Origin: Myxococcota bacterium
GTDB taxonomy: Bacteria; Myxococcota_A; UBA9160; JAFDDA01
Assembly (NCBI GenBank): GCA_965228475.1
Contig: OZ245817.1
Location: 2,624,001-2,688,000 of the forward strand
Direction: 5' to 3'
Length of the DNA stretch: 64,000 nt
Below, piece by piece: positions 1-9,372 of this stretch (position 1 is the first letter of the stretch; the number at the start of each line of letters is the position of its first letter). The notes below the pieces were generated by a model. The model made no database searches. It had not been told where the DNA came from and saw only the letters and a program-made list of their open reading frames with translations. The position numbers and the translations under genes are program-made.

Positions 1-337
1 CGAGGACGGCGATCACGGGTTTCTCGAGCGTCTCGATCGCGCGAAGCACGCGCAGCCGCTGATCGAAGAGCGCGTCCGCGCTGCCCATGCGCTGGATGCC
101 CGACGGGAGTTCCTTCAGGTCCATCCCGACCGAGAAGTGCTCCTCCCCGGCCCCGCGGATCACGACCGCGCGCACCCGCGGGTCGCCCGCGATGCGCGGG
201 AGCTCCGCCTCGAGCGCATCCATGAATGCCATCGACATCCGGTTGCGCGGCGGGTCGTTGATGACGAGGGTGCGGACCGGCCCGCGGTCTTCGACGCGGA
301 GCGCCTGCGGGGCCTCTTCCTTCAGGTTCGAGCTCAT
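1..337 (-). CDS. Enoyl-CoA hydratase/isomerase family protein (5' part; runs off window start)
   Basis: Manual minus-strand translation from ATG at 337: MSSNLKEEAPQALRVEDRGPVRTLVINDPPRNRMS...VRAVVIRGAGEEHFSVGMDL...IETLEKPVIAV, typical crotonase motifs; GAGGAG RBS upstream. Confidence 0.85.
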   Translation of the reverse strand, partial: MSSNLKEEAPQALRVEDRGPVRTLVINDPPRNRMSMAFMDALEAELPRIAGDPRVRAVVIRGAGEEHFSVGMDLKELPSGIQRMGSADALFDQRLRVLRAIETLEKPVIAVL

Positions 338-408
338 CGCTGCACGCTCCTCGTTTTCCGAGTATGGTTTTGCGGCTGCGCCCCGGCAGCCTCGCAAGGG
401 TCGAGAAC

Positions 409-741
409 ATGCACCACTACGCCTGCATCATCCAAGAGGGACAGGCCGCGGACCAGCGGATCGATTCCCTCGAAGCCGGCCTGAAGGGGCTGGCGAAGGA
501 TTTCTTCGGAGACGACCCCGCAGCGGTGAACATCCGCTGGACGCGCCAGGCGCCGGGCTGGGCCTGGACCGCCGGCGAGCCCAGCACCTCCTCCATCGTG
601 GTCCGCTCGGTCCCGGTCGGCTTCGACGATGCGGAGCGGGAGCGGTTCCTCCACGCCGTCTGCGACCTCTGGGTCGACACCACCGGGTGTTCCGTGAACG
701 AGATCGTGGCGACGGCCTTCGACGGCCCCCTGCCCCTCTAG
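409..741 (+). CDS. Tautomerase-superfamily-like protein (no N-terminal Pro)
   Basis: MHHYACIIQEG...; two beta-alpha-beta-like halves that parallel the downstream tautomerase; start chosen at ATG 409. Confidence 0.55.
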   Translation: MHHYACIIQEGQAADQRIDSLEAGLKGLAKDFFGDDPAAVNIRWTRQAPGWAWTAGEPSTSSIVVRSVPVGFDDAERERFLHAVCDLWVDTTGCSVNEIVATAFDGPLPL

Positions 742-756
742 ACGCGAGGTCTTCCC

Positions 757-1143
757 ATGCCCCTCTACCGATGTGCCATCCGCGAAGGCCTGAGCAGCGA
801 AGCGCAGCGCGGCCAGATCGCGAAGGAAGTGGTCCGGATCCACTGCGGCGTGACCGGGGCCCCCGCCTCCTTCGTCCACGCCTTCTTCGAGGAGCGCCCG
901 GCCGAGGCCCTTCCGGGAGGCCAGGCCGCCTTCGTGCTCGGGACGATCCGCTGGGGGCGGACGGAAGCACAGAAGGCCGAGATCGTCTCCGAACTCACGA
1001 AGAGCGTCGCCGGCGCGCTCGGATGCCCCGCGGCAGACGTCGGCGTGGTGACCGTCGACATCCCCTCGAAGTGGAACATGGAGGGCGGCTCGCTGCTCCC
1101 CGAACCGGGAGAGGAAGCCGCCTGGCTGGAACGCCACCGCTAG
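757..1143 (+). CDS. Tautomerase family protein (cis-CaaD/4-OT-like, Pro-1)
   Basis: MPLYRCAIREG...QIAKEVVRIHCGVTGAPASFVHAFFEE...GTIRWGRTEAQK...MEGG; catalytic Pro-1 after Met removal. Confidence 0.8.
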   Translation: MPLYRCAIREGLSSEAQRGQIAKEVVRIHCGVTGAPASFVHAFFEERPAEALPGGQAAFVLGTIRWGRTEAQKAEIVSELTKSVAGALGCPAADVGVVTVDIPSKWNMEGGSLLPEPGEEAAWLERHR

Positions 1144-1197
1144 AGGCGAGACAACTCCGGTGCCGGGCGAGTAGAATCAGGAGCCGAAGGAGGACGC

Positions 1198-1737
1198 ATG
1201 GCGGATCTCCGGATGAGGCCCCGCTTCGCGGTCGACGTCTCGTGCGACGTCGAGACTTTCGTGAGCGTTCTCGAGGCGCGCGCCGTCCACGCCGCACCGC
1301 CCCTCGAGGGCCACTTCGACCCGGGCCACTGCGTGCTGCGGATCCCCAAGGCGCGGCGCGCATTCTGGTCGCCCGAGCTCGACATCACCTTCGATCGCCC
1401 CGAACCCGGAATGAATGGACGCCACCTCGTCCGGTGCCTGCTCGGGCCCCGCCCCGAAGTCTGGACGGGGTTCGCCTTCGTCTTCGCCGTGCTCGGGGCC
1501 GCGAGCGTCGTCGGCCTGCTCTACGGGCTCGCGCAGCTCACGCTCGGGGAGTCGCCGTCCGCGCTCCTCGCGATCCCCGTGGCCCTCGTCCTCGGCGGGC
1601 TCACCTACGCCTCGAGCTTCATCGGACAGGGCCTCGCGCTCGCGCAGATGTACGAACTCAGACGCACGCTCGACGAGACCGTGGTGCGGGCCGAGGCCCA
1701 GGCCCAGCGGGATCGGCCCCGCGGCTATCAGATCTGA
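1198..1737 (+). CDS. Conserved hypothetical membrane protein (2 TM)
   Basis: GGAGG RBS; MRPRF...FWSPEL...GPRPEVWTGF followed by two hydrophobic helices. Confidence 0.65.
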   Translation: MADLRMRPRFAVDVSCDVETFVSVLEARAVHAAPPLEGHFDPGHCVLRIPKARRAFWSPELDITFDRPEPGMNGRHLVRCLLGPRPEVWTGFAFVFAVLGAASVVGLLYGLAQLTLGESPSALLAIPVALVLGGLTYASSFIGQGLALAQMYELRRTLDETVVRAEAQAQRDRPRGYQI

Positions 1738-1765
1738 CGAAGGCCGGAAGCGGCGTCCCGCGTGT

Positions 1766-3343
1766 TCAGCGCATCGAAGCGGCGTCGTCCGTACGGACGA
1801 CCTCGCGGTCCCCCACAGGCCACTCCTCCGGCGGTTCGAAGCGGGCGAGGCTCGTCGCCAGGAAATCCGGCCCGGCATCCGAGGGGTCCTTTCCGGCACG
1901 GGCTCGCGCTTCGAGGCGCTGCCTCGCCTGCTCCAGCTCACAGCGCACCTCGATCAGGCGTGCGCGCACGCCCCGCTGCTCCGCCCACGCGCGGGCCATG
2001 GCGCGCTGGCTCCGCGTGGTGAAGGAGGCGTCGAGGAGTGCCGTCCTTCCGGACGCCACGAGATCCTCGGCGCGTTCGAACAGCGCCTCGTAGACCCGGC
2101 GCGTCTGCTCCGGGTGGTAGAGCCCCTCGTCGACGCCGGCACCGGTCCGCGCAGTCGGCTCGAGACCGGCGAGCCGCTTGCGGACCCGATCGGACGCGAC
2201 CGGCACCCCCTGCCCCGCTTCCGCCATTCTGCGCGCCACCGTGCTCTTCCCCGAACCCACCGTGCCGCAGAGCAGCACGATCGCCCCCTCGCTCCGAGGC
2301 TCGAGGAGCGACTCCGCCAGCTCGAGGTGGCGGACCGCGCTGGCCCGGGCGTCGCCGCGCTGCGCCGCGGACAGGGTCGCCTGGCCGGTTGCCAGAGCCG
2401 CAACCTTCGCCCGCACGAGGGCACGGTAGGCCGCAAAGAAGTCGACGACCCGGAAGAGCCCGAAATCGTCGGTCCGCCCCGCGTAGTCGGCAAGGAGGAA
2501 CTCTCCGAGGTCCGCCCGCCCGCGATAGGCGAGGTCCATCTGGAGGAAGGCGAGTTCGCTGGCGCGGTCGATCCGGCGGAGGTCTTCGCTGAACTCGAGG
2601 CAGTCGACGAGCAGCGGCTCGTCGCCGTCGTCCTCGAACCACACGTGGTCGAGATGCAGGTCGCCATGGGCGTCCACGGCTCGCCCGTCGGACCGGCGCC
2701 GCTCGAAGTGCGGCGCCCCCGCCGCGAGCGCCGCCTCCGCTTGCGCGGCCGCGGCGGCGACCCGGGCCGCCTCCATGCAGTCGCCCTCGCCGAGCACCAC
2801 AAAGCACTCCCGGACGGGTTCGGCGATCCGCGCGAGCCAGCGCTCGGCGTCCCAGGGAGCGGGGCTTCCGAGGGTGTGGGCGTCGTGGAAGGGAGGGAGT
2901 CGAGCGGCGATGGCCGCCACGTGGCCCGCCGTCAGTTCGCCTCGCTCGAGCAGCGAGAGCGCGTCCCGCCCGGCGGGTAGCCGGCGCATGACCGTGGCGT
3001 GCTCGGCGTCGCCGGCCAGCGACTCCCCGAGTGGACCCACCGTAACCTCGCCCGCTTCGCACCGGATCGGGGCGACGCCGAGGTAGACCGAGGGCGCGAG
3101 CCGACGATTGAGTGCCACCTCGCGCAGGCAGTCGTCGTTGCGTGCGGCGCGCTCCGTGAAATCGAGGAACGGGAAGGCCACCGCCTTCCGCAGCTTGTAG
3201 ACCCGTTCGCCCACGAGGAAGACGTGGGAGATGTGCGTCTGGATCCACTCGGCCGGTCCGGCGCCGCCGGGCCACACGCGAAGCGACGCCAGGCGTTCGG
3301 CGAGCCGGTCCGGTGTCTCGTCGCTGGCGATCGGTTCGGGCAT
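1766..3343 (-). CDS. Aminoglycoside-phosphotransferase-like kinase fused to AAA_33 P-loop domain (Rv2004c-like)
   Basis: IQTHISHVFL, YKLRK, REVALNRRLAP, HGDLHL, DCLEF, then Walker A GTVGSGKST and SDRVRKRL. Confidence 0.85.
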   Translation of the reverse strand: MPEPIASDETPDRLAERLASLRVWPGGAGPAEWIQTHISHVFLVGERVYKLRKAVAFPFLDFTERAARNDDCLREVALNRRLAPSVYLGVAPIRCEAGEVTVGPLGESLAGDAEHATVMRRLPAGRDALSLLERGELTAGHVAAIAARLPPFHDAHTLGSPAPWDAERWLARIAEPVRECFVVLGEGDCMEAARVAAAAAQAEAALAAGAPHFERRRSDGRAVDAHGDLHLDHVWFEDDGDEPLLVDCLEFSEDLRRIDRASELAFLQMDLAYRGRADLGEFLLADYAGRTDDFGLFRVVDFFAAYRALVRAKVAALATGQATLSAAQRGDARASAVRHLELAESLLEPRSEGAIVLLCGTVGSGKSTVARRMAEAGQGVPVASDRVRKRLAGLEPTARTGAGVDEGLYHPEQTRRVYEALFERAEDLVASGRTALLDASFTTRSQRAMARAWAEQRGVRARLIEVRCELEQARQRLEARARAGKDPSDAGPDFLATSLARFEPPEEWPVGDREVVRTDDAASMR

Positions 3344-3473
3344 GCACCGCAAAGCTACCCGAAGCGCGGCGAGCCTTCGGCCGGTCCCGAGCGGCATCCG
3401 CGAACCCGAACCGCGCGCACGTGACATGCTGACTCACTCCCGCCCGCGAGACGCTTGGGATAGCCTCCCGGCC

Positions 3474-5141
3474 ATGCCGAGCGACGTCGAGATCGCCCAC
3501 TCCGTCGAGCCGCAGCCCATCGCCGACATCGCCGCGAAGCTCGGCCTCGAGGCAGGTGATTGGCGGCCGCGGGACGTCGACGTCGCCAAGGTCGACCCGG
3601 CCCTGCTCGGGCAGCCGCCGGCCTCCCCCCGCCAGCCGAAGCTCATCCTCGTCTCGGCCATCACGCCCACCCCCGCCGGCGAGGGCAAGACCACCACCAG
3701 CATCGGGCTGGCGGACGGGTTGGCCCGCCTCGGGGAGTCCGTCTGCCTGGCCCTGCGTGAACCCTCCCTCGGGCCCTCCTTCGGCATGAAGGGCGGCGCG
3801 ACGGGCGGCGGACGAAGTCAACTCCTCCCGATGGAGCGCATCAATCTCCACTTCACGGGCGACTTCCACGCCATCACCTCGGCCCACAACCTCCTCGCCG
3901 CCGTGCTCGACAATCAGCTCTACTGGAACAACCCGCTCGGGATCGACCCGCGGCGCGTGCTCTGGCGGCGCGTGATGGACATGAACGATCGCGCTCTGCG
4001 GAGTCTCGTCGTCGGACTCGGCGGTCCGAAACAGGGCATCCCCCGGGAGACGGGCTTCGACATCACGGCCGCGTCCGAGGTCATGGCCATGCTGTGCCTC
4101 GCAGAAGACGAGGACGATCTCCGCGAGCGCATCGACCGCCTGCTCGTGGGCTTCACCTACGAGGGCGAACCGGTCACGGCGTCGAAGCTCGGCGCCTCCG
4201 GGGCGATGCTCGCGCTGCTCCAGGACGCTCTCTGGCCGAACCTCGTGCAAACCCTCGAGGGCACGCCCGCCCTCGTCCACGGGGGCCCCTTCGCCAACAT
4301 CGCGCACGGCTGCAACAGCGTGGTCGCCACCCGGCTCGCGCTCCGACAGGCGGACTGGGTCATCACCGAGGCCGGGTTCGGCTTCGACCTCGGGGCCGAG
4401 AAGTTCTTCGACATCAAGTGCCGCAGCGCCGGGCTCGAGACCGCGGCGGTCGTCCTCGTCGCGACCGTCCGCGCGCTCAAGATGCACGGGGGCACGCCGA
4501 AGAAGGCGCTCTCGCGCCCGGACGCCGAAGCCGTCCGCGCCGGACTCCCGAACCTCGAGAAGCACGTCGAGAGCATCGGGCACTTCGGTCAGGCACCGAT
4601 CGTCGCGCTGAACCGCTTCGGCGAGGACACGGATGCGGAGATCGAAGTCGTTCGCACCCACTGCGAGACGCTCGGCGTTCCCTTCGCCGTCTCCGACCAC
4701 CATGCCCGGGGAGGCGAAGGCGCAGAGCCCCTCGCGAGGACGCTCCTGGCCCATGCCGACCCCGAAACCCCCATGACGCCGATCTACGACCTCGAGGCCT
4801 CCGTCGCCGAGAAGGTCCTGGCCGTGGCGCGGACGATGTACGGCGCCCGCGACATCGTCTTCAGCCGCGACGCCAGGCGCGACCTCCGCGAGGTCGAGCG
4901 GCTCGGCTACGACCGCCTCCCCGTCTGCATCGCCAAGACACCCGGCTCGCTCTCGGACGAGCCGGCGCGCCGCGGCCGCCCCGAAGACTTCGAGGTGACG
5001 GTGCGGGGCATCCAGATCAACGCCGGCGCCGGATTCCTCGTCGTCCTCACGGGCGACATCATGCGGATGCCCGGCCTGCCCCGTCGCCCCCTGGCCGAAG
5101 CCATCGACCTGCGCGACGGTCGGATCGTCGGACTCGAATGA
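3474..5141 (+). CDS. fhs: Formate--tetrahydrofolate ligase
   Basis: Signature motifs TPTPAGEGKTTT, LREPSLGP, KGGATGGG, INLHFTGDFHAIT, HGGPFANIAHG, TEAGFG, IMRMPGLP. Confidence 0.97.
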   Translation: MPSDVEIAHSVEPQPIADIAAKLGLEAGDWRPRDVDVAKVDPALLGQPPASPRQPKLILVSAITPTPAGEGKTTTSIGLADGLARLGESVCLALREPSLGPSFGMKGGATGGGRSQLLPMERINLHFTGDFHAITSAHNLLAAVLDNQLYWNNPLGIDPRRVLWRRVMDMNDRALRSLVVGLGGPKQGIPRETGFDITAASEVMAMLCLAEDEDDLRERIDRLLVGFTYEGEPVTASKLGASGAMLALLQDALWPNLVQTLEGTPALVHGGPFANIAHGCNSVVATRLALRQADWVITEAGFGFDLGAEKFFDIKCRSAGLETAAVVLVATVRALKMHGGTPKKALSRPDAEAVRAGLPNLEKHVESIGHFGQAPIVALNRFGEDTDAEIEVVRTHCETLGVPFAVSDHHARGGEGAEPLARTLLAHADPETPMTPIYDLEASVAEKVLAVARTMYGARDIVFSRDARRDLREVERLGYDRLPVCIAKTPGSLSDEPARRGRPEDFEVTVRGIQINAGAGFLVVLTGDIMRMPGLPRRPLAEAIDLRDGRIVGLE

Positions 5142-5155
5142 GGAGGCATCTCTCG

Positions 5156-5602
5156 ATGAAGCAGCAGATGGTCGGGGTCTTCGTGGCGGCAGCGCTCGTG
5201 GTGGCGTGCTCCTCCGAACCTCGGCGCGCGCCCGGCTCCAAGCCGATCCTGACGCCCGTCCACGATGCGACGCTGCGAGCCCACATGGCCCGCCTCGAGC
5301 AGCTCGTGGTCGAGCGCCTGCCGGCCGCGATGGACAGTGAGAAGGCTCGGGAGGAGATTGCGCGGGAGGCGACCGAGCTGGTCAGCTCAGCCAAGAGCCT
5401 GCCCGAGATCGCGGACGATCTCGACCTCTCGCACGACGAGAAGGCGCTCTTCTACACGCTGGCGGACTCCCTCGACGTCTCTGCCCAGCAGCTCGCCTCC
5501 GAGGCCGCGACCGGTGACGCCGACTCCGTGATGGCCCGCTACGAGGCGATCGTCCCCAGCTGCGTCGGCTGCCACAACCTCTTCCGCGAGCTCCCGGAGT
5601 AG
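5156..5602 (+). CDS. Cytochrome c'-like (class II, four-helix) lipoprotein
   Basis: AGGAGG RBS at 5141; signal peptide with lipobox-like LVVAC; helical body; single C-terminal CVGCH heme motif. Confidence 0.75.
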   Translation: MKQQMVGVFVAAALVVACSSEPRRAPGSKPILTPVHDATLRAHMARLEQLVVERLPAAMDSEKAREEIAREATELVSSAKSLPEIADDLDLSHDEKALFYTLADSLDVSAQQLASEAATGDADSVMARYEAIVPSCVGCHNLFRELPE

Positions 5603-5618
5603 CCGGGCACCGCGACGC

Positions 5619-6224
5619 TCAGCCTTCGGGGCAGGGATCGAAGCGCAAGGCCACCGTGGTGTCCCGGGCCTCGGCCGGGTAGAGGCCCACGGCCGCGGAA
5701 GCCCGCGCCACGGCGTACTTCTCGACCTTCATGGCATGGATGGCCTTCACGGTCGGACGGTCTTCATGGAGCACCGGGACCACGCAGCGCGTCTCGCCGG
5801 CCCGGAGCATGTCGAGGCGCGCCCCGTCGAGGGAATGCTCGACGGCCTTCGAGCGCTGCATCCCGACCCACTCGCCGTCGTCGCGATCGACGATCCAGAG
5901 GCGCAGCTCCGCCGGCTGTCCCCCGCTGTCGGTCGCGTAGAGCGAGATCACCTCCTCGAGCTCCGACATCGTCGCGTAGAGGCCGAAGAAGAGCACGACG
6001 GGGCTCGCGGCCAACCCGGCCCAGCCGAGCGCGCGCGGCTTGCCCGGCCACAGCAGGAACGCGCCGAGCAGCAGGGCCCCGACCCCGCCGAAGAGATTCC
6101 CGCCGCGCGGCACGGCGTAGGCGCCCTCGTGCTGGAGCCGGACCGCGAAGACCACGAGCCCGAGGACAAGCAGCAGGACTCCGACGACGGTCTGGACCTT
6201 CGATGAAGCGTTCGACTCCGGCAT
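5619..6224 (-). CDS. Hypothetical membrane protein (3 TM plus soluble domain, possibly split-barrel-like)
   Basis: AAGGAGG RBS; three hydrophobic segments, then EEVISLYATDSGG...LRLWIVD. Confidence 0.6.
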   Translation of the reverse strand: MPESNASSKVQTVVGVLLLVLGLVVFAVRLQHEGAYAVPRGGNLFGGVGALLLGAFLLWPGKPRALGWAGLAASPVVLFFGLYATMSELEEVISLYATDSGGQPAELRLWIVDRDDGEWVGMQRSKAVEHSLDGARLDMLRAGETRCVVPVLHEDRPTVKAIHAMKVEKYAVARASAAVGLYPAEARDTTVALRFDPCPEG

Positions 6225-6305
6225 GTCGTTCCTCCTTGAAGGACTGAGGCTACCCCACACCGTTGCCCGAACCGCGAACTCGGATCCGGCGCCCGCGACG
6301 GAAGG

Positions 6306-7817
6306 TCAGCGCGTTGCGCGAGGCCCGGCGCCCTTTCCCGGCAACTCGTTTCGGAGCAGCGCATCGATCGACAGCGCCAGCTCCCGGCGGGTGAAAGGCT
6401 TGCAGAGGAGCGGAACCCCCGCCGGAGGCGTGAGATCGCGCTTCCCCGACATGAGCAGCGACCGGGTCGCCGGAACGCGCTCCGCCACCTCCTTCACCAG
6501 CTCGACGCCATCGATCCCCCCCGGAAGGGAAACGTCCGAGAGCAGGAGGTCGAACGTCGTGCCCTCGAGGGAGGCCAGGGCCTCCGGAGCCGTCCCGGCC
6601 TCGGTCACCCGATAGCCGAGCAGCGCCAGCTGGCGGCGGACCACCGTGCGGACGGCCGGCTCGTCCTCGACCAGCAGGACCGTTTCGCCGGCCCCACCGG
6701 GCGCAGCCTGGGCGACCGGCTTCGGCGCCTCTTCCAGCGCCGCGTGACGCGGCAACATCAGGGTGAACCGGGCTCCGTTCCCCGGCTCGCTCTCAGCAAG
6801 GAGCTCCCCGCCCGTCTGGCTCGCGAAGCCGTAGACCATGCTGAGCCCGAGCCCGGAGCCGGCGCCGTCGGGCTTGGTCGTGAAGAACGGGTCGAAGACC
6901 CGCTCGAGGACGGCGCGGCTCATTCCGACGCCGGTGTCGGCCACCGTGACCGCCACGCGGTCGCCGGCCTCCCCGCCCTGTCCCGCAGCCTGGACGTTCC
7001 GGGCGCTGATCCGCAGGGTCCCGCCCGACGGCATGGCGTCGCGCCCGTTGAGCGCCAGGTTCACCAGTGCGTTCTCGAGCTCCGAGGGGTCCGCCTTGCA
7101 CTTCCACAGACCGGGCTCGCAGTCGATCCGGATGTCGATCCGGTCTCCGAGCCCGACCGAGAGCATGGGCTCGATGCGATGCAGGAGCGTCGGGAGGTCC
7201 AGCGGGACCGGCGCCAGATCCTGCTGCCGGGCGAAACTCAAGAGCCGGTTCGTGACCGAGACCCCGCGCTTGGCGGCATCGACGGCGCCTTGCAGGAGCT
7301 CCCTCGTCTCGCCGCTCTGGGGTGCGTCCAACGCCAGCTCGAGCGACCCGATGAGCACGGCCAGGATGTTGTTGAAATCGTGCGCGACGCCGCCCGTGAG
7401 CTGGCCGAGGGACTCGAGACGCTGGAGCTGCCGAAGCTGGGCCTCGGTCCGCTTGCGCTCGGAGATGTCGCGACAGTTACAGACGAGGCCGACGCGCTCC
7501 CCCGACTCGTCCATGAGCAGGCTCAGCGAGACCTCGACGTCGAACGCGCGACCGTCCCGGCGGAGCCCAACGAGTTCTCCGCTCCAGGCGCCGCTCCTCA
7601 AGAGCTCCGGGAACGACTCTTCGTCGATCCGGCGCGTTTCCTCGGGGCCGTAGAGCAGGCGCCAGCTCTTGCCGAGGAGCTCCTCCGGTGCGTAGCCGTA
7701 CATCCGCGCCTGCGCCGGATTGACGTAGGTGAAGTTGCCGTCGTTGTCGTGGAGCGCGAACCCCTGCATCGCCTGATCGCAGGCAGCTCGGAGCATCTCG
7801 ACCTTCGCGACGGACAT
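6306..7817 (-). CDS. Cytoplasmic PAS-domain hybrid sensor histidine kinase/response regulator
   Basis: PAS (YVNPAQARMYGY...RDISERK), H-box GGVAHDFNN, ATPase NLALNGRDAM/DTGVGM/PFFTTK/GSGLGL, C-terminal REC; AGGAG RBS before ATG 7817. Confidence 0.92.
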   Translation of the reverse strand: MSVAKVEMLRAACDQAMQGFALHDNDGNFTYVNPAQARMYGYAPEELLGKSWRLLYGPEETRRIDEESFPELLRSGAWSGELVGLRRDGRAFDVEVSLSLLMDESGERVGLVCNCRDISERKRTEAQLRQLQRLESLGQLTGGVAHDFNNILAVLIGSLELALDAPQSGETRELLQGAVDAAKRGVSVTNRLLSFARQQDLAPVPLDLPTLLHRIEPMLSVGLGDRIDIRIDCEPGLWKCKADPSELENALVNLALNGRDAMPSGGTLRISARNVQAAGQGGEAGDRVAVTVADTGVGMSRAVLERVFDPFFTTKPDGAGSGLGLSMVYGFASQTGGELLAESEPGNGARFTLMLPRHAALEEAPKPVAQAAPGGAGETVLLVEDEPAVRTVVRRQLALLGYRVTEAGTAPEALASLEGTTFDLLLSDVSLPGGIDGVELVKEVAERVPATRSLLMSGKRDLTPPAGVPLLCKPFTRRELALSIDALLRNELPGKGAGPRATR

Positions 7818-7926
7818 GGAAGCTCCTGGGCCGGGGTCCTCGGGTCCGCTCCGGAACATAGAGACCCCCTTGCGGCACCGCAGGGGCAAACGAGCCCGTG
7901 CGGTGTAGGCGGAAACCGGCAGTCGA

Positions 7927-7952
7927 CATTAATTGAACTCGTTCATTTAATG
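7927..7952. promoter_or_regulatory. AT-rich palindrome, probable repressor operator
   Basis: CATTAATTGAAC-TC-GTTCATTTAATG (11/12 arm match) between the divergent kinase and Coq4-like genes. Confidence 0.6.
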
Positions 7953-7988
7953 GTCTAGAGTCGCCCGCAGACCCCACGAGGAGGCCCC

Positions 7989-8690
7989 ATGCCCCGACCC
8001 ATCGTCGATCGTGCGTTCGCCGAGAAGTTCCTCACCTCGGTCGACCGCCCCCTCGAATACGGCGTCTACTTCCTCTTCCACGAGTGGTGGGACCAGGCTC
8101 CCCAGTCGGCCATCGACGCCTACGCGAAGGAGCTCGCCTCCCTGCCCGGCGCGGACGCCTTCATGAAGGAGCGCTACCTCGCGGAGCCGCTCTCCCTCGA
8201 ACGGCTCGCCGCGTGCGCGGAGGGCACGCTCGGCCACGGCTATCACCGGTTCATCGTCGAGAACGACCTGGAGGCGAACCTCGCCCGCAACTACCGGGAG
8301 TTCAACGCCGAGCTGCAAGCCTCGGGGAAGCTCGACCGGCTCCCGGACGACATGAGCTACGCGATCGTGCGGGGGTTCCAGATCCACGACTTCCTGCACG
8401 TACTCACCGGCTTCGACTCGACTCCCGCCGGAGAGCTCGCCCAGGCCGCCTTCCATTTCGCACAGCTCCGCTACCCCTACCATGCGATGCGCATGGCGGT
8501 GACGACGGCGCACATCGCCTTCCTCGCCCCGGGATTCATCGAGACCGCGATGGATTCGATCGTGGCGGGCTGGAGCCTCGGCCGGTCGAGCCAGAACCTC
8601 CACTTCGAGCGCTGGGAGGACGAGCTCGACACGCCGATCGCAGAGCTGCGCCAGCGCATGAACATCGCGTCCGAAGCCCGAGCCGCCTAG
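7989..8690 (+). CDS. Coq4 family protein
   Basis: EGTLGHGY; HDFLHVLTGFDSTPAGE matches the HDxxH-x11-E metal motif; ERWEDELDTPIAELRQRMNI. Confidence 0.85.
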   Translation: MPRPIVDRAFAEKFLTSVDRPLEYGVYFLFHEWWDQAPQSAIDAYAKELASLPGADAFMKERYLAEPLSLERLAACAEGTLGHGYHRFIVENDLEANLARNYREFNAELQASGKLDRLPDDMSYAIVRGFQIHDFLHVLTGFDSTPAGELAQAAFHFAQLRYPYHAMRMAVTTAHIAFLAPGFIETAMDSIVAGWSLGRSSQNLHFERWEDELDTPIAELRQRMNIASEARAA

Positions 8691-8711
8691 CGCCCGCGAC
8701 GCCCGGAAGCG

Positions 8712-9302
8712 CTACCGATCCGGACCGCCGAAGCCTCGAAGGAGCTGCCGGATGGCCCGCTCGATCGCGGCCGGGCCGAGGCGCGGCTTGCGATGGAGCG
8801 ATGCCAGGGCCGCTTCGGCGAGGGCCGCATTGACGAAGCGGGCCGTGAGCTCGAGCGAATCGACGCGGAGCTCCCCCGCCTGGGCCGCGCGTTCGAGCCC
8901 CCGGGTCATGAGACCGAGACTCGTCCGGGCCTCGAGGTCGCGCGCACGCTTCCAGCCGAGGACCTGCGGGCCCTGCTCGAGCAGGATCGCCGCGACCTCG
9001 GGCTTGCGAACCTCTCGCAGCCAGCCGAGGCACACCTGGACGAGCGCCTCGAGCGGCGAGTCCGAGGGTCTCGCCCGCCGCAGGGCACGGGCGATCGCCT
9101 CATCGGAGACCCGCTCGAAGACGGCCTCGAAGACCGCCCGCTTGTCGGCGAAGTGGTGGTAGAGCGCGCCACGGCTCGTTTCCGCGGCCTCGAGGAGATC
9201 CTCGGTCGAGGTGGCCTCGTAGCCGTGCTCGGCGAAGAGTGCCTGGGCCGCGTCGAGGATGCGCGCCTGGGTCGCGGCGCGACGTTCTGCCTGGGTTGCC
9301 AC
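8712..9302 (-). CDS. TetR/AcrR family transcriptional regulator
   Basis: N-terminal HTH ARILDAAQALFAEHGYEATS...SRGALYHHFADK. Confidence 0.92.
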   Translation of the reverse strand: MATQAERRAATQARILDAAQALFAEHGYEATSTEDLLEAAETSRGALYHHFADKRAVFEAVFERVSDEAIARALRRARPSDSPLEALVQVCLGWLREVRKPEVAAILLEQGPQVLGWKRARDLEARTSLGLMTRGLERAAQAGELRVDSLELTARFVNAALAEAALASLHRKPRLGPAAIERAIRQLLRGFGGPDR

Positions 9303-9313
9303 CCCGTGATGTT

Positions 9314-9360
9314 ACCGACGGCTCGTCGGTTTGCTATCTAAACAGACTCACAGTCTGTTT
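9314..9360. promoter_or_regulatory. Two related palindromic TetR operators
   Basis: ACCGACG-GCT-CGTCGGT (9314-9330) and AAACAGACT-CAC-AGTCTGTTT (9340-9360) between the divergent tetR and snoaL genes. Confidence 0.7.
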
Positions 9361-9372
9361 TCTGGAGGCGAC

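Noticed and set aside
7865..7925. Hairpin and GGGCAAAC resembling the start of a c-di-GMP-I riboswitch
   Set aside because: The following GAAA-loop stem and GACGCAAA elements are absent.
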